Assembly: GCA_963666215.2 (NCBI GenBank)
Contig: CAXWPL010000004.1
Span: forward strand, 480,001-544,000
Origin: Acidobacteriota bacterium
Lineage (GTDB): Bacteria; Acidobacteriota; UBA890; WLXD01
DNA length: 64,000 nt
Direction: 5' to 3'
Shown here: piece after piece, positions 38,789 through 49,438 of the stretch
How the letters are laid out: each line of letters opens with the position of its first letter
How positions within the stretch are numbered: position 1 is the stretch's first letter
Program-made: the position numbers and the translations under genes
Notes under the pieces: generated by a model
Seen by the model: only the letters and a program-made list of their open reading frames with translations
What the model was told of the DNA's origin: nothing
Database searches by the model: none

Positions 38789-40030
38789 ATGTCGAAGATA
38801 CCAGCCTATGAGCGCGACCCGTATCTGGCCGAGCTTTCGGTGGTGATCGACAGAGTCGATCGCGACGAGCACGGTGACTACGCCCTGCTCGACGACACCG
38901 TGCTGTATCCCGAAGGCGGCGGCCAGCCGGCCGATACGGGATGGCTAGGGGCCGCTCGCGTGGTGGGTGTTCGCCAGGTCGAAGGCGAGGTGAGGCACTA
39001 CGTCGACCGCGCCGTGGCGTGTGGCGAGGTTGCCTCGAGGCTCGATTGGGAACGACGCTACGACCACATGCAGCAGCACACGGGTCAGCATCTGCTAACG
39101 GCGCTGGCCGATCGGCGATTCGGTTGGCGCACGACTTCCTTCCATCTGAGCACCGAGCGTTGTGACATCGAGCTCGAGCCCAGGGACGAAACTCGAGCCG
39201 CGCCGGACGAGGCGCGTCTACAAGAGCTCGAAGAGGAGGTCGCCAGGCAGATCCGCGCAGCGCTTCCAATCACCGCCGGGCGCGTGTCCGCCAACGAGTA
39301 CGCCGCTCTCGACGTGCGTAGCCGCGGCCTACCGGCGGGACACACGGGAGACGTTCGTCTTGTACGGATCAGCGACGCTTCCGAGTGTCTCGACTGCAAC
39401 ACCTGCGGTGGTACGCACGTACGATCCACCGCGGAGATCGAAGCGATCAAGCTGCTGGGTATCGAGCCGATGCGTGGCGGCTGGCGACTCTACTGGGTCG
39501 CTGGCGGACGGGTGCGATCGCGCCTCGCGGCCAGCGAGAAGCGCAATGCCGGATTACGCGGCCTGCTCGGGGCCGCCGACGAGGATCTGGTGGAGGCGAC
39601 CGCCGCCAAGCTCGAGCAGCTCGCCTGGCTCAGTCAACGCGTCAAGCGCACCGAGCAGCAGCTCGCCGATCTGATCGCCGACCAATTGCGTGTGGGCGAC
39701 GCGCGTGTGGTTGAAGCCCATTTCGACGACGTCGACGGAGCCTTTCTGCAGAGTGTTGGCCGGCGATTCCTATCGAGCCCACATGCCAAGCTCGCGCTGC
39801 TCACCGCGAGTGGCGGCAGCGGCGAGGTGTTCATGCTCGCCGTCGGCTCCGACGCTGACTGTGATCTGCGAAGCCTCGGTGGCGAAATCGCCGAGCTGTT
39901 CGAGGGTCGTGGCGGCGGTGCGCACGGGATCTATCAGGGCAAGGCAGCCACCCTGCTGCGACGAGACGCGGCTCTGCAGGCAATGCGCGAAGCCACGAGC
40001 GCTTCCGACGGCTCCGAGCACGCCAACTAG
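38789..40030 (+). CDS. Alanyl-tRNA editing protein (AlaX-like with DHHA1)
   Basis: YPEGGGQPAD, HMQQHTGQH, CGGTH, C-terminal GRGGG. Confidence 0.9.
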   Translation: MSKIPAYERDPYLAELSVVIDRVDRDEHGDYALLDDTVLYPEGGGQPADTGWLGAARVVGVRQVEGEVRHYVDRAVACGEVASRLDWERRYDHMQQHTGQHLLTALADRRFGWRTTSFHLSTERCDIELEPRDETRAAPDEARLQELEEEVARQIRAALPITAGRVSANEYAALDVRSRGLPAGHTGDVRLVRISDASECLDCNTCGGTHVRSTAEIEAIKLLGIEPMRGGWRLYWVAGGRVRSRLAASEKRNAGLRGLLGAADEDLVEATAAKLEQLAWLSQRVKRTEQQLADLIADQLRVGDARVVEAHFDDVDGAFLQSVGRRFLSSPHAKLALLTASGGSGEVFMLAVGSDADCDLRSLGGEIAELFEGRGGGAHGIYQGKAATLLRRDAALQAMREATSASDGSEHAN

Positions 40031-40099
40031 AAGACTAGCTGTGAGCTCTAGGGAGTTTGTTCACGACCTCGGCTTCAGACTTGCCGGGGGGGCCTCAGA

Positions 40100-40786
40100 T
40101 CAAAACGGAACGTCGAGCGCGTCGCAAAGGAAACCGATCATCGGTCCGCCCACTCGGCAAAGCGTGGCGAACTGCTTGATGAAGTCGGGACTGGTCACCG
40201 ACTTCTCGGTAAGCCGCCCGACTCCGATGAAGTCCTTGCGCTTGAGATCGTCGACCAGTGGATGCTCCGGATCGATGCCGCGCGGAGCCCTCTTGAGCTG
40301 CTCGCCCGCGAGCTCGAACGTGCGCGAAAACCTTCCGCTGGTCGCGCGCTTCCAGCGCTCGGGATCGGCCAGGAGCGCGCCGCGAATCTGATTCGTGGTG
40401 GCGGTGTCGGGGCGCCAGATCCCGACCCCGGCGAACAGTTCGCCCGGTTGCAGGTGCAAGTAGAAACCTGGGCAGTGAGCATCCTTGCCCAGCTCATGGC
40501 GAAACTGAATACCGGTGTGGGTCTTGTACGGGCTCTTGTCTTTGGAGAAGCGAACGTCGCGGTAAATCCGAAACATCGATCCACCCGACTTACGTGCGTC
40601 GGCACGAAAGTGGGGGCTCACTTTGTGTAGGTTCGATTCGAAGTCGCGAATGAAAGTCAGCGCCGGTTCGCGCAGCTTCTCCTCGAACCGCTCCTTGTTG
40701 TCGGCGAACCATTCGCGGTTGTTGTTGTTGGCCAGGTCGCGGAGGAACTTGAACGTTGCGGCGGTGAAGTATGGCGAGGCGGGCAC
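40100..40786 (-). CDS. DUF2461 family protein
   Basis: FLRDLANNNNREWF and FRIYRDVRFSKDKSPYKT. Confidence 0.9.
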   Translation of the reverse strand: MPASPYFTAATFKFLRDLANNNNREWFADNKERFEEKLREPALTFIRDFESNLHKVSPHFRADARKSGGSMFRIYRDVRFSKDKSPYKTHTGIQFRHELGKDAHCPGFYLHLQPGELFAGVGIWRPDTATTNQIRGALLADPERWKRATSGRFSRTFELAGEQLKRAPRGIDPEHPLVDDLKRKDFIGVGRLTEKSVTSPDFIKQFATLCRVGGPMIGFLCDALDVPF

Positions 40787-41005
40787 GGAGAGTTCCTCTT
40801 GATGGACGCAAGCGAGCGACTCGACTCATGGAACGGGGTCAGATGGTACATCCGAGCCGCCGACGCGGTGACGCTGGTGACCCTATCGGGGCTCGCCTTC
40901 GGTGCGCGCGACATCGCTTCAACACGAAAGGCCCCTGGCGAGGAACCTGAGCAACGAGGGGCAACCCCGACGAGCAACTTCGCCGGGCCGCATGGACCTC
41001 GGCAG

Positions 41006-42124
41006 CTAGCGCACTCGCTGGAACCACGCGCCGAGAATCGCCTCGGCCGGCTTGCCATGCGGCGTGAAGTCGGTGTTCTCGATCCCTCCCCAGCTCAGGT
41101 CGGCGTACCAAACCCAGAAGTAGACACCGGCCAGCCAGACCGGGGGTTCCGTAAGGTCCCCAGAGGGGGCGCCGAACACGCGAGCGATGCACGCATAGAT
41201 GCTTGCCTGCAAATCGGGGTCGGGCGTAGTCGTGTCGTCGTGCCATTCCCACGGCCGGTGCGCGGCACCCACCGCCGATCGGTAGCCGATCTCGGATAGA
41301 ACAACGGGGCGTCCTGTGCGCGCCGCTACCTCGCCGATCTTGTCCCGGATCGTGCCCATGCGGCCGTCACAGAGAGCGTCCGTCAGCGGTGCTCCGCCGT
41401 CGCTGTCGTCGAGCAAGGGCCAAAAAGCGTCGACGCCGACGAAGTCGAGCTCCTCCCACCACTCGATTCCAGTGAGCTCTCGATCCCAGTTCGCGGCGTA
41501 CGTCACAAAGCCGTGGAAGCGCTCGCGAACATCACTGGCAAGCTGGCGCCAGAACTCCGGGTGGGCGAGCGCGACAAGCGTGAGCTCGGAGCCAAGAGCG
41601 ATGCCGGCAACGTCGCTGGCAGCCGCGAGGTCCGCATATGCCAGCAGCGCACTCCGGTAGGCGGCGCTCCAGCTGGGCCACGCGGCGTCCGTCGGATTGA
41701 TAACTCCGCGCCAACTGCCGTCGGAACGATCGTCGAGCCAGAGGTGCGGCTTGAGCAGCACGCGGAGACCCCGCGCGTGTGCCAGTTCAATCACTCGGCG
41801 AGTGTCGTTGTCGACACGCTCGCGCGTGCCACGCCAGAAGAACTCGGTCTCACCAAGGCGTGACTGGAAGAAGCTCGGAATCACGGCAATGTGATCAACA
41901 CCGAGACCAACGAGCAGGTCGAGGCTTGTTTCCAGCCGCCGCAGGTTGATTGAGCTGTTGAAGCCGATCGGCTCGAGATTCATCCCGCGCTGGAACCCGG
42001 CGGGCAGGGCGGTCACTTCCTCGATGCTGGCCGCAAGCTCCGGATCTAGCTTTTCGATCGCGGGGCCCGCGCAGCCGACGATTACCAGGCCGGCCAACGC
42101 GGCAGGCACGTGAGCGCACCGCAT
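41006..42124 (-). CDS. Glycoside hydrolase family 113-like lipoprotein
   Basis: VLLKPHLW, GSEL, TYAANWD, GVDAFWPL, SEIGY, FTPHGKPA; lipobox IVGC. Confidence 0.82.
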   Translation of the reverse strand: MRCAHVPAALAGLVIVGCAGPAIEKLDPELAASIEEVTALPAGFQRGMNLEPIGFNSSINLRRLETSLDLLVGLGVDHIAVIPSFFQSRLGETEFFWRGTRERVDNDTRRVIELAHARGLRVLLKPHLWLDDRSDGSWRGVINPTDAAWPSWSAAYRSALLAYADLAAASDVAGIALGSELTLVALAHPEFWRQLASDVRERFHGFVTYAANWDRELTGIEWWEELDFVGVDAFWPLLDDSDGGAPLTDALCDGRMGTIRDKIGEVAARTGRPVVLSEIGYRSAVGAAHRPWEWHDDTTTPDPDLQASIYACIARVFGAPSGDLTEPPVWLAGVYFWVWYADLSWGGIENTDFTPHGKPAEAILGAWFQRVR

Positions 42125-42126
42125 GG

Positions 42127-43443
42127 CTACGGCTCGACGTAGATCGCGCCTGCCTTCATGACCAGGCGAACGTCACGCAGCACCGAGATGTCTCGCGTGG
42201 GATCGCCACCGACAGCGATCAGGTCGGCGGCGAGGCCCACTTGGACCGCGCCAAGCTCCTGGAGATCGAACATCCGCGCGTTCCCCGAGGTCGCGGCCAC
42301 CAATGCCTCGAGCGGTGTCATGCCGTAGTCCACCATGAGCTCGAGCTCACGCACGTTGTCGCCGTGTGGATAGACGCCCACGTCGCCGCCGAAACAAATC
42401 GAGACCCCAGCCGCCCGCGCGGCGGCGAAGCTCTCGCGCTTATTGCGGAGGCGTGCGGGCTCCGGGTCGACTCCCTTGCGCCAGCCGCCGTACTGCGCAA
42501 TCGCGTCGCCGGCGGCCAACGTCGGACAAAATCCCACGTTGTGCGACACCATCAGATTCCATGTGTCGCGATCACCGCCGTCGCCGTGCTCGATGGTTCG
42601 CACGCCGGCGAGCACGGCGCGTCGCATGCCCTCGGCGGTGCTCGCGTGAGCGACAACGTGGCGACCCGAGCTTCCCGCAACCGCGACGATGGTCTCGAGC
42701 TCCGCAAGGGTGTAGATCGGTCGGGCCTCGCCGTTGGGACCCCAACGGTAGTCGGCGTAGACCTTGATCCAGTCGGCACCGCGACCGATCTGATCGCGTG
42801 TGACGCGCACCAGGTCGTCGTACCCGTCGGCGACTTCGGCCCCCTTGTGGAAAGCGATCTCGGGGGCCCCCTTCGGGTTGTAGCTGCCGGTGGCGACCAG
42901 GGCCTTCGTCGTCGTCAACAGACGCGGCCCGGGGATAACACCCAGCTCGATCGCCTCCTTGATACCGACATCGGCATAGCCCGCGCCCTCCGTACCGAGG
43001 TCGCGTGTGGTCGTCACCCCCGCCATCAGCGTAGCGCGCGCGTGCACGACAGCCCGCGCCGTGCGCTGGCCGAGCGACTCCCGGAGCACCTGATCTATCC
43101 ACGGTGTCTCGTTGTAGGGGTGCAGCAGCAGGTGCGAATGCCCTTCGATGAGCCCGGGGAGCAAAACACTGCCGGCCAGGTCAACGCGGCGCGTCGTTTC
43201 GCCACCGGACATCGAGGCGGCGGGCCCCGCAGCAACGATTCGCTCGCCCTCGACGAGCACCGCCCAGCCGGCGTGCATCGTCGTGCCGTCGAAGACGGCG
43301 TCCGGCAGCAACAGGATCGGGGTCGTCGCCTGCTGAGCGCTGGCGTGCCCCGAAGCAAGTGTGGTGATGGCAACGCCCAGGACCGCCGCAGCGAACATGC
43401 TCGGCGCCTGGCGGCGATTTGATCCTGCAGCGTGCGACATCAT
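42127..43443 (-). CDS. Amidohydrolase family metal-dependent hydrolase
   Basis: [39 protein letters not shown]. Confidence 0.9.
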   Translation of the reverse strand: MMSHAAGSNRRQAPSMFAAAVLGVAITTLASGHASAQQATTPILLLPDAVFDGTTMHAGWAVLVEGERIVAAGPAASMSGGETTRRVDLAGSVLLPGLIEGHSHLLLHPYNETPWIDQVLRESLGQRTARAVVHARATLMAGVTTTRDLGTEGAGYADVGIKEAIELGVIPGPRLLTTTKALVATGSYNPKGAPEIAFHKGAEVADGYDDLVRVTRDQIGRGADWIKVYADYRWGPNGEARPIYTLAELETIVAVAGSSGRHVVAHASTAEGMRRAVLAGVRTIEHGDGGDRDTWNLMVSHNVGFCPTLAAGDAIAQYGGWRKGVDPEPARLRNKRESFAAARAAGVSICFGGDVGVYPHGDNVRELELMVDYGMTPLEALVAATSGNARMFDLQELGAVQVGLAADLIAVGGDPTRDISVLRDVRLVMKAGAIYVEP

Positions 43444-43584
43444 CGAGTATCTCCGTGCTGGGCCGAAACGAGAAGAGTCAATCTACACCGCGAGACATGC
43501 CGCGAGACTCGCCCAGACTGCCGCGAGATTCAGGCCCCGGTCTCGCGATCCCAACCGCTACGCCCGTGAGCCCGTCCAACTCGG

Positions 43585-43747
43585 GGTTAGGCTGATGCGA
43601 TCGGTGCTTTTCGAGACCCAGCCCATGGACCCGCTGACGCTCGGCAGCGCCCTCCTCGTGCTCGGTACGACCGCGCTGCTCGCGGCCTACATACCCGCCC
43701 GCCAGGCGCTCGGATCGACCCTCTCTGCGCCCTCCGATCCGAGTAGA
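43585..43747 (+). pseudogene. C-terminal remnant of an ADOP permease
   Basis: RLMRSVLFETQPMDPLT...AAYIPARQAL with no upstream gene body. Confidence 0.7.
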
Positions 43748-43990
43748 TCGACGGGACGACCCCTCCCGGGGACACACGGCGAGAACCCCGCCAGCCTCTG
43801 GCGCAGGGTCCGCTCGACGCCCGCCACACGCACTCTCGACGTTCCGAGAAAGCGCGCGCAATCTCGCGAGACTTGAAACTTACCCCCCTGTTTGCGCGAA
43901 GGTAGAGGTAAGAGCGTGGTCCCGTTCCCCTGAACGGGTCGACGGGCTCCTTCCCTTTGGGGGGGCGCGGGCGACCAGGAGGTGCGGACA

Positions 43991-45003
43991 TGAGCAACAA
44001 GAAGGCCAATTCAATGGAGGCCAGCGCGCTCGTCAGCACCCGCCGCGAACGCACCAACCGCGACGGCTCGAGGGAGCGCAAGATCGGAACCCGACGCACC
44101 GGCAAGGGGCCGCTTGCCTTGCCTGCGACGACCCGTCGCGCGTCGCATGCGACAGCCCCCGCCGAGGGCGCCCGCCGCACGCTCATGGAGGTTGGTCGCC
44201 GAATTCCGACAGCCGAACCGCTGCGCGATCATCTACGGCGCCGCGTGATTGGCCAGGACGACGCGATTGAAGCCATCGTCGCTTCGTACGCCCGATTGCT
44301 GTCCGGACTGCGCGATCCCTCGCGCCCGCTGATCACCGCCCTGCTCCTCGGGCCCACCGGGGTCGGCAAAACCGAGACCGGCCGCGCTCTCGCCGAGGCT
44401 CTGTTCGGCTCCGACCGGGCCATGACACGCATCTACTGCGAGGAATACGCCCACGGGCACGAGATCTCGAAGCTGCTGGGCTCTCCTCCCGGCTATGTCG
44501 GATCGGACATCGAGCCGCTCCTGTCGCAGGCACGCATCGATGCGCCGCATCGCGAGCTGCGTGAGACTCGTACCACAACCTCGGAGCCGCTAGGGCTCAT
44601 CGACCAGGTCAACGCCGCGTGCAGCGAGCACAGAGATCGCCTGAACGGTGAGGTCGAGGCGACCGCCAACACGGTGGAAACGCCGGCGGGGATCGCCAAC
44701 AAGAAAGAGCCCGCCGATAACTACTCGATCGTTCTGTTCGACGAGATCGAGAAGGCGCACCCGGTGCTGTGGAACTCACTGCTCGGCATCCTCGAGGATG
44801 GCGTGCTGACGCTCGGCAACAACTCGACCACCGACTTCACACGGTCGATCATTCTGATGACGTCAAACGTTGGCAGCCGTGAGATGGGCCTGGCGCTGCA
44901 GACGAAACCGGTGGGCTTCCTGTCGGCAGGCGGCCTGACGCAGGCGATGTCTCGTGCATCGTCGAGAAAGGCCAACACCGCAGACGGCCCCAACTCGCCG
45001 TAA
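43991..45003 (+). CDS. Single-domain ClpB/ClpA-like AAA+ ATPase, probably C-terminally truncated
   Basis: VIGQDDAI, GPTGVGKT, KLLGSPPGYVG, FDEIEKAH, ILMTSNVG; the expected PEFxNR arginine-finger region is absent; AGGAGG RBS. Confidence 0.8.
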
Positions 45004-45154
45004 CCCCCCCTATGCAAAGATCCGACAGGGGGTTGCGGTCGTATGCTTTGTCGTTCGTCGTCGACGATGCGTTCAAACATCGCCTCCTCCTCTCTCCGCG
45101 CCTCCGCCTCGCAAGACCCTGTCGCCAGGCCCACCACACTTCCACCACGGCCTG

Positions 45155-46804
45155 CTAGATCGGGCAGACCAGCTCGCCGAGCTGCTGGGTCAACTTCAGG
45201 TTCTCGCGGTAGTCGACCGGGCAATCGACGACGACCACGGTGTTGTCGGCAATGGCCTGCCTGAGCACGGGCTGCAGCTCGTCGGCGGCGCCGACGCGGT
45301 AGCCCTTGGCGCCAAAGCTCTCGGCGTACTTCACGAAGTCCGGGTTGCCGAAGTCGATGTGCGAGCTTCGCTCGAAGTGGCGCAGCTGGTGCCATTCGAT
45401 GAGACCGTACTTGGAGTCGGTCCACACCAGGATCACGATCGGGATATCGAAGCGAAGGGCGGTTTCGATTTCCTGCGAGTTCATCAGGAAGCCGGCGTCG
45501 CCGGTCACCGTGAGCGCAACGCGGTCGGGGTACGTGATCTTCGCCGCGATGGCCCCCGGCACGCCGATCCCCATCGATGCGAAGCCATTCGAGATGATGC
45601 AGGTGTTGGGCCGCTCGGCCTGGTACATCCGCGCCATCCACATCTTGTGGGCGCCAACGTCGGAGACAACGATGTCGTCGGGCGCGAGCACCTGGCGCAG
45701 ATCCCAGGCGATCTTCTGCGGCTTGATCGGAAAGCCCGTGTCGTCGGCGTGCTTGTTGAGCTCCTCGAGGATGGTTGCTCGCAAGCTTCCCGTATCGACT
45801 TCGTTTCTAGCGCCGGGGCTCGCCTCGACTGCCGCCGTGATGCGATCGAGCGCTGCACCGATCTCGCCGATAACGCCCGACGCCAAGATGTAGTGCTCGT
45901 CGACCTCGGCGGGCGAACGATCGATATGAATGATCTGGCGCGCCTTGTCGGGATGCCACAAGTAAGGGTGGTACTCGATCATGTCGAATCCCACGCAAAC
46001 GATGACGTCGGCGCGGTCGAAGCCACAGGCAACATAGTCGTGAGCCTGCAGTCCGACTGTGCCCAGAGAGTTCGCATGCGACACGGGGATCGCGCCCTTG
46101 GCCATGAACGTGGTCGCCACCGGCAGGCCGAGCTTTTCGGCGAACCGCACGAGCGCGCCCGAAGCCCCGCCGCGAACGACGCCGTTGCCGGCCATGACAA
46201 TCGGATAACGAGCCCCGGCGATGAGGGCAGCCGCCTGGTCGATCTTCTCCTGAGGCGGCTGCGACGCGGCGGCGCTCTGAACTCGCAGCGGCACGACGTC
46301 TGAGCCAACTTCCATCTTGCCGATGTTCTCGGGGAAATCGATGCAGGCTGCGCCCGGCTTCTCGGCCTCGGCGTCCTTGAACGCCTTGCGGACGATCTCC
46401 GGAATGATCTCGGGCTCGCGTGCCTGCGTGGAGTACTTGGTGATCGACGCGAACAGACTCACCAGGTCGAGATGCTGGTGGCTCTCCTTGTGCATCCGCG
46501 TCGTCGCGGCCTGCCCGGCGATAGCAACGAGCGGCGCGCGGTCCATGTTGGCGTCGGCCACGCCGGTCACGAGATTGGTCGCGCCGGGGCCGAGCGTCGA
46601 CATGCACACGCCCGCCTTTCCGGTGAGACGCCCACAGACGTCGGCCATGAAGGCGGCGCCCTGCTCGTGCCGCGTTGTCACGAACTCGATGGTGCTGTCG
46701 AGGAGAACGTCCATGACGTCGATGTTCTCCTCGCCGGGAATACCGAAGATGCGTTCCACACCTTCGTTCTCGAGACAACGCACGAGCAACTCGGCTCCGG
46801 TCAA
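45155..46804 (-). CDS. ThDP-dependent acetolactate synthase-like enzyme
   Basis: FGIPGEEN, RHEQGAAFMA, GPGATN, GDAGFLMN. Confidence 0.92.
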   Translation of the reverse strand: MTGAELLVRCLENEGVERIFGIPGEENIDVMDVLLDSTIEFVTTRHEQGAAFMADVCGRLTGKAGVCMSTLGPGATNLVTGVADANMDRAPLVAIAGQAATTRMHKESHQHLDLVSLFASITKYSTQAREPEIIPEIVRKAFKDAEAEKPGAACIDFPENIGKMEVGSDVVPLRVQSAAASQPPQEKIDQAAALIAGARYPIVMAGNGVVRGGASGALVRFAEKLGLPVATTFMAKGAIPVSHANSLGTVGLQAHDYVACGFDRADVIVCVGFDMIEYHPYLWHPDKARQIIHIDRSPAEVDEHYILASGVIGEIGAALDRITAAVEASPGARNEVDTGSLRATILEELNKHADDTGFPIKPQKIAWDLRQVLAPDDIVVSDVGAHKMWMARMYQAERPNTCIISNGFASMGIGVPGAIAAKITYPDRVALTVTGDAGFLMNSQEIETALRFDIPIVILVWTDSKYGLIEWHQLRHFERSSHIDFGNPDFVKYAESFGAKGYRVGAADELQPVLRQAIADNTVVVVDCPVDYRENLKLTQQLGELVCPI

Positions 46805-46888
46805 AGGGTCGACCTCCTGGTAGGGGCTCGCGGACTCTTGGCCGGAGCTTTCAGCTCTCGTCGGAAGCGACGCAAATGGCTCATCTCT

Positions 46889-48490
46889 TCAGGCGGTGAC
46901 AGCCCTGGAGACATCGGCCTGACTCCACTCGCCGTCGATCGTGCGCCACAGCGAGCCCGTGGGGTTGGCATCACGCAACTCAGCGGGAAGTCGGGCCTCG
47001 CGGACGTTGTCGTAGCACTCGAGCATGGCGAAGCGCGGAATGCTGGTGGGCATGCCAACGGCGGTGAACCCAGGGTGGCCGGTGGCTGGGAAGGGGCCCC
47101 CGTGGTTCATTGCGCCGGTAACAGCGACACCGGTAGGCATCTTGTCGTTGAGCAAACGGCCGACTCGGCGGCGCAGGTGCGGCGCGATTCGATCGTACAG
47201 GGCGTCGTCCGATCCGTGGGTGTCGGAATAGATGCAGCCTGTGAGGTTGCCCTCAAAGCTCCGGGCAATGCTCTCCAGCTCATCCTCGCTGTCGGCGACC
47301 ACGAACAGGTTGGCGTTGCCGAAAGCCTCCTCCTGAAAAGCCGCCCGGTCGCCAACGAACTCGGCGCCGCTAACACGCAGCAAGGTGTTCTCGAAGCGGC
47401 ACCCCTGATTCTCGATTGCGGAGCCGCCGGTGATCACCTCGGCACCAGCCTGCCGCAAAGCGCCGACGGCGTGAACCAGCCCCTCAACGCCGCCACTGCC
47501 GAGAAGCGTCCCGGCGGGCGCGCTCTCGAAGCCCGCGCGAACTCCGTCGATGAAGGCCTCGGTATCCTCCCCGGCCTGCAGAACGATGACACCGGGATTG
47601 GTGCAGAACTGGCCGGTGCCCATCAACGCCGACCCGTACAGCTCGGCCGACAACTCGGCACCGCGCTCGCGCAGCGCGCCCGGCAGCATGAACACCGGGT
47701 TGATGCTGCTCATCTCCAGATAGATCGGCTTGCCGGCGGCATCGGCCGCCTTCTTGAGGGCGAGTCCACCGCGCTGCGAACCCGTGTAGCCGGTGGCGGC
47801 AATCAGTGGGTGCGACACGAGGTAGGCGCCATCGTCGTAGGACATGTGGTAGATCGCCTGCACCGTCGCCGCTGGCAGTCCGACGTGCTGGAGGGCCTCG
47901 AACGCGGCTTCAAGCAGGCGCTGCGAAGTTCGTGGATGGCTCGGGTGCGCTTTGACGATGACCGGGTTGCCGGCGGCAATCGCGGAGGCGAAGTCGCCGC
48001 CGGCGGCACCGTTGAAAGCCAGCGGGAAATTGTTCGGTCCGAATACCGCCACCGGGCCACCGAGCGGCCCGAACATCGAACGGATGTTGTTGGCGGAGTC
48101 GATGGCTGGCTGCGTCCAGCTGCGATCGCGCGCGGCGCCGGCAGCCTGCCGCAATTGGTTGGTGGTGCGCGGCAGCTCCACGTCTTTCAGACGGGGCGAC
48201 ACGGGCAGAGCTGTCTCGAGGCTGGCGGTGGCGGCGAGCTCGGCGGCCCTTTCATCAATCAGGTCGGCGTAACGCTCGAGGAAGTCGGCAATCGCTCCGC
48301 GCTCAACGCCGGTGAGCGCTTCGGCCGCCTCGGCACCCGCGCGCAGCGCCGCGTCGACGTCGGCACGGCTGCTCACCGGATACTCGTGCTCGAGCTCTTC
48401 GCCGGTGTCGGGATTGATGGCACGGAACGAGTCGGTGGCGTCGGCTGCACGCCACTCGCCGCTGATCAGTACAGGCTCCAGGTTCTCCAC
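46889..48490 (-). CDS. Aldehyde dehydrogenase, alpha-ketoglutaric semialdehyde dehydrogenase type
   Basis: FGPNNFPLAF, KAHPSHP, EMSSINP, GQFCTNPG, HGGPFPAT. Confidence 0.9.
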   Translation of the reverse strand: MENLEPVLISGEWRAADATDSFRAINPDTGEELEHEYPVSSRADVDAALRAGAEAAEALTGVERGAIADFLERYADLIDERAAELAATASLETALPVSPRLKDVELPRTTNQLRQAAGAARDRSWTQPAIDSANNIRSMFGPLGGPVAVFGPNNFPLAFNGAAGGDFASAIAAGNPVIVKAHPSHPRTSQRLLEAAFEALQHVGLPAATVQAIYHMSYDDGAYLVSHPLIAATGYTGSQRGGLALKKAADAAGKPIYLEMSSINPVFMLPGALRERGAELSAELYGSALMGTGQFCTNPGVIVLQAGEDTEAFIDGVRAGFESAPAGTLLGSGGVEGLVHAVGALRQAGAEVITGGSAIENQGCRFENTLLRVSGAEFVGDRAAFQEEAFGNANLFVVADSEDELESIARSFEGNLTGCIYSDTHGSDDALYDRIAPHLRRRVGRLLNDKMPTGVAVTGAMNHGGPFPATGHPGFTAVGMPTSIPRFAMLECYDNVREARLPAELRDANPTGSLWRTIDGEWSQADVSRAVTA

Positions 48491-48648
48491 CTCGGTCTCC
48501 TCGTCGTCCGCGCCAGGCTGAATCGTCTTGAAATTGTGTTGGATTGTCTCGAGTGGGGGACATGGTAGCCGACCGTCCGACGCCCGCTTTCCGGTGGAGA
48601 TTCAACCCCGCCGGTATCGACGACCACCCGGGGCACGCGACAATACGC

Positions 48649-49330
48649 CCCCACAGCGCCATCGACGGTCGCGAGCGCGGTGAGATCGTCAACCTCACCG
48701 ATCGGCGCGCCCGGGCTTCGCGCTGCGCGCAGCGCGACCTCCTCGATCGTGGCCCCGACCCGATCGTCAACACGATCGACCAGCTGGAACAGGCGTCGGC
48801 ACCGCCCTCGCCGGCACCGCGGCAACCAATGCTTCCCCACCTCGTCATGCCGGCGCATCACGACGTGCGCCGGCGCGACGTGCGACTGCGCCGGCTACAC
48901 GGCGCTCTTGCTGCGACAGCCGACCGCGGACCGAAGGACTTTCCCGAGCTGCTGCTGACCCCGGGAGTTGGAACCCGCACCGTGGCCGCGCTGGCCCTCG
49001 CGAGCGAGGTGATCTACGGCGCCCCTACCGCTTCTCCGATCCGGCGCGCTACTCGCTGGCGCACGGCGGCGGCAAGGACGGGCATCCGTATCCGGTGCCG
49101 TTGAAGGTCTACGACCGAACGATCTCGACCCTGCGCAGCGCCGTCCAAGCGGCCAAGCTCGGCAACAACGACAAGCTCGCAGCCATTCGGCGGCTCGACG
49201 AGCAGGCCCGAGCGCTCGAGTCGGTGGCAGCCGGCCCGTCGCTGTCGCGCTTCATCGCGGACTGAGCGAATGGCCTCATGGAAATACGGCGGCCGCACGG
49301 TGTTCGGCGACGCTCCTCCTGGCGGCGCGG
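48649..49330 (+). pseudogene. DUF763 family C-terminal fragment, frameshifted
   Basis: LLLTPGVGTRTVAALAL, DPARYSLAHGGGKDGHPYPVP and YGGRTVFG are spread over different frames; N-terminal half absent. Confidence 0.75.
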
Positions 49331-49376
49331 CGCACGGGCCTCGAACACCGCGAATGATGCCGGACACCGAGAACCT

Positions 49377-49408
49377 GTCGGAAAGTCGGAAAGTCGGAAA
49401 GTCGGACA
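49377..49408. repeat. 8-bp tandem repeat GTCGGAAA (4 copies, last imperfect)
   Basis: Seen directly in the sequence. Confidence 0.85.
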
Positions 49409-49438
49409 GTGCATGGTGTAAAGCCTCGCGAGGGCGGT

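Noticed and set aside
40790-41005. Possible ncRNA or riboswitch in intergenic gaps (also 26860-27070, 18200-18450)
   Set aside because: No recognisable tRNA, riboswitch or conserved structure by eye; an Rfam/Infernal scan would be needed
43872-43900. Sigma32-like promoter (CTTGAAA...CCCC) upstream of the Clp-like ATPase
   Set aside because: The spacing between the boxes is too short for the consensus
46472-48568. 698-aa plus-strand ORF (also 50962-52593, 14635-15888, 42241-43422)
   Set aside because: Antisense shadows of well-supported genes in GC-rich DNA, with no recognisable motifs
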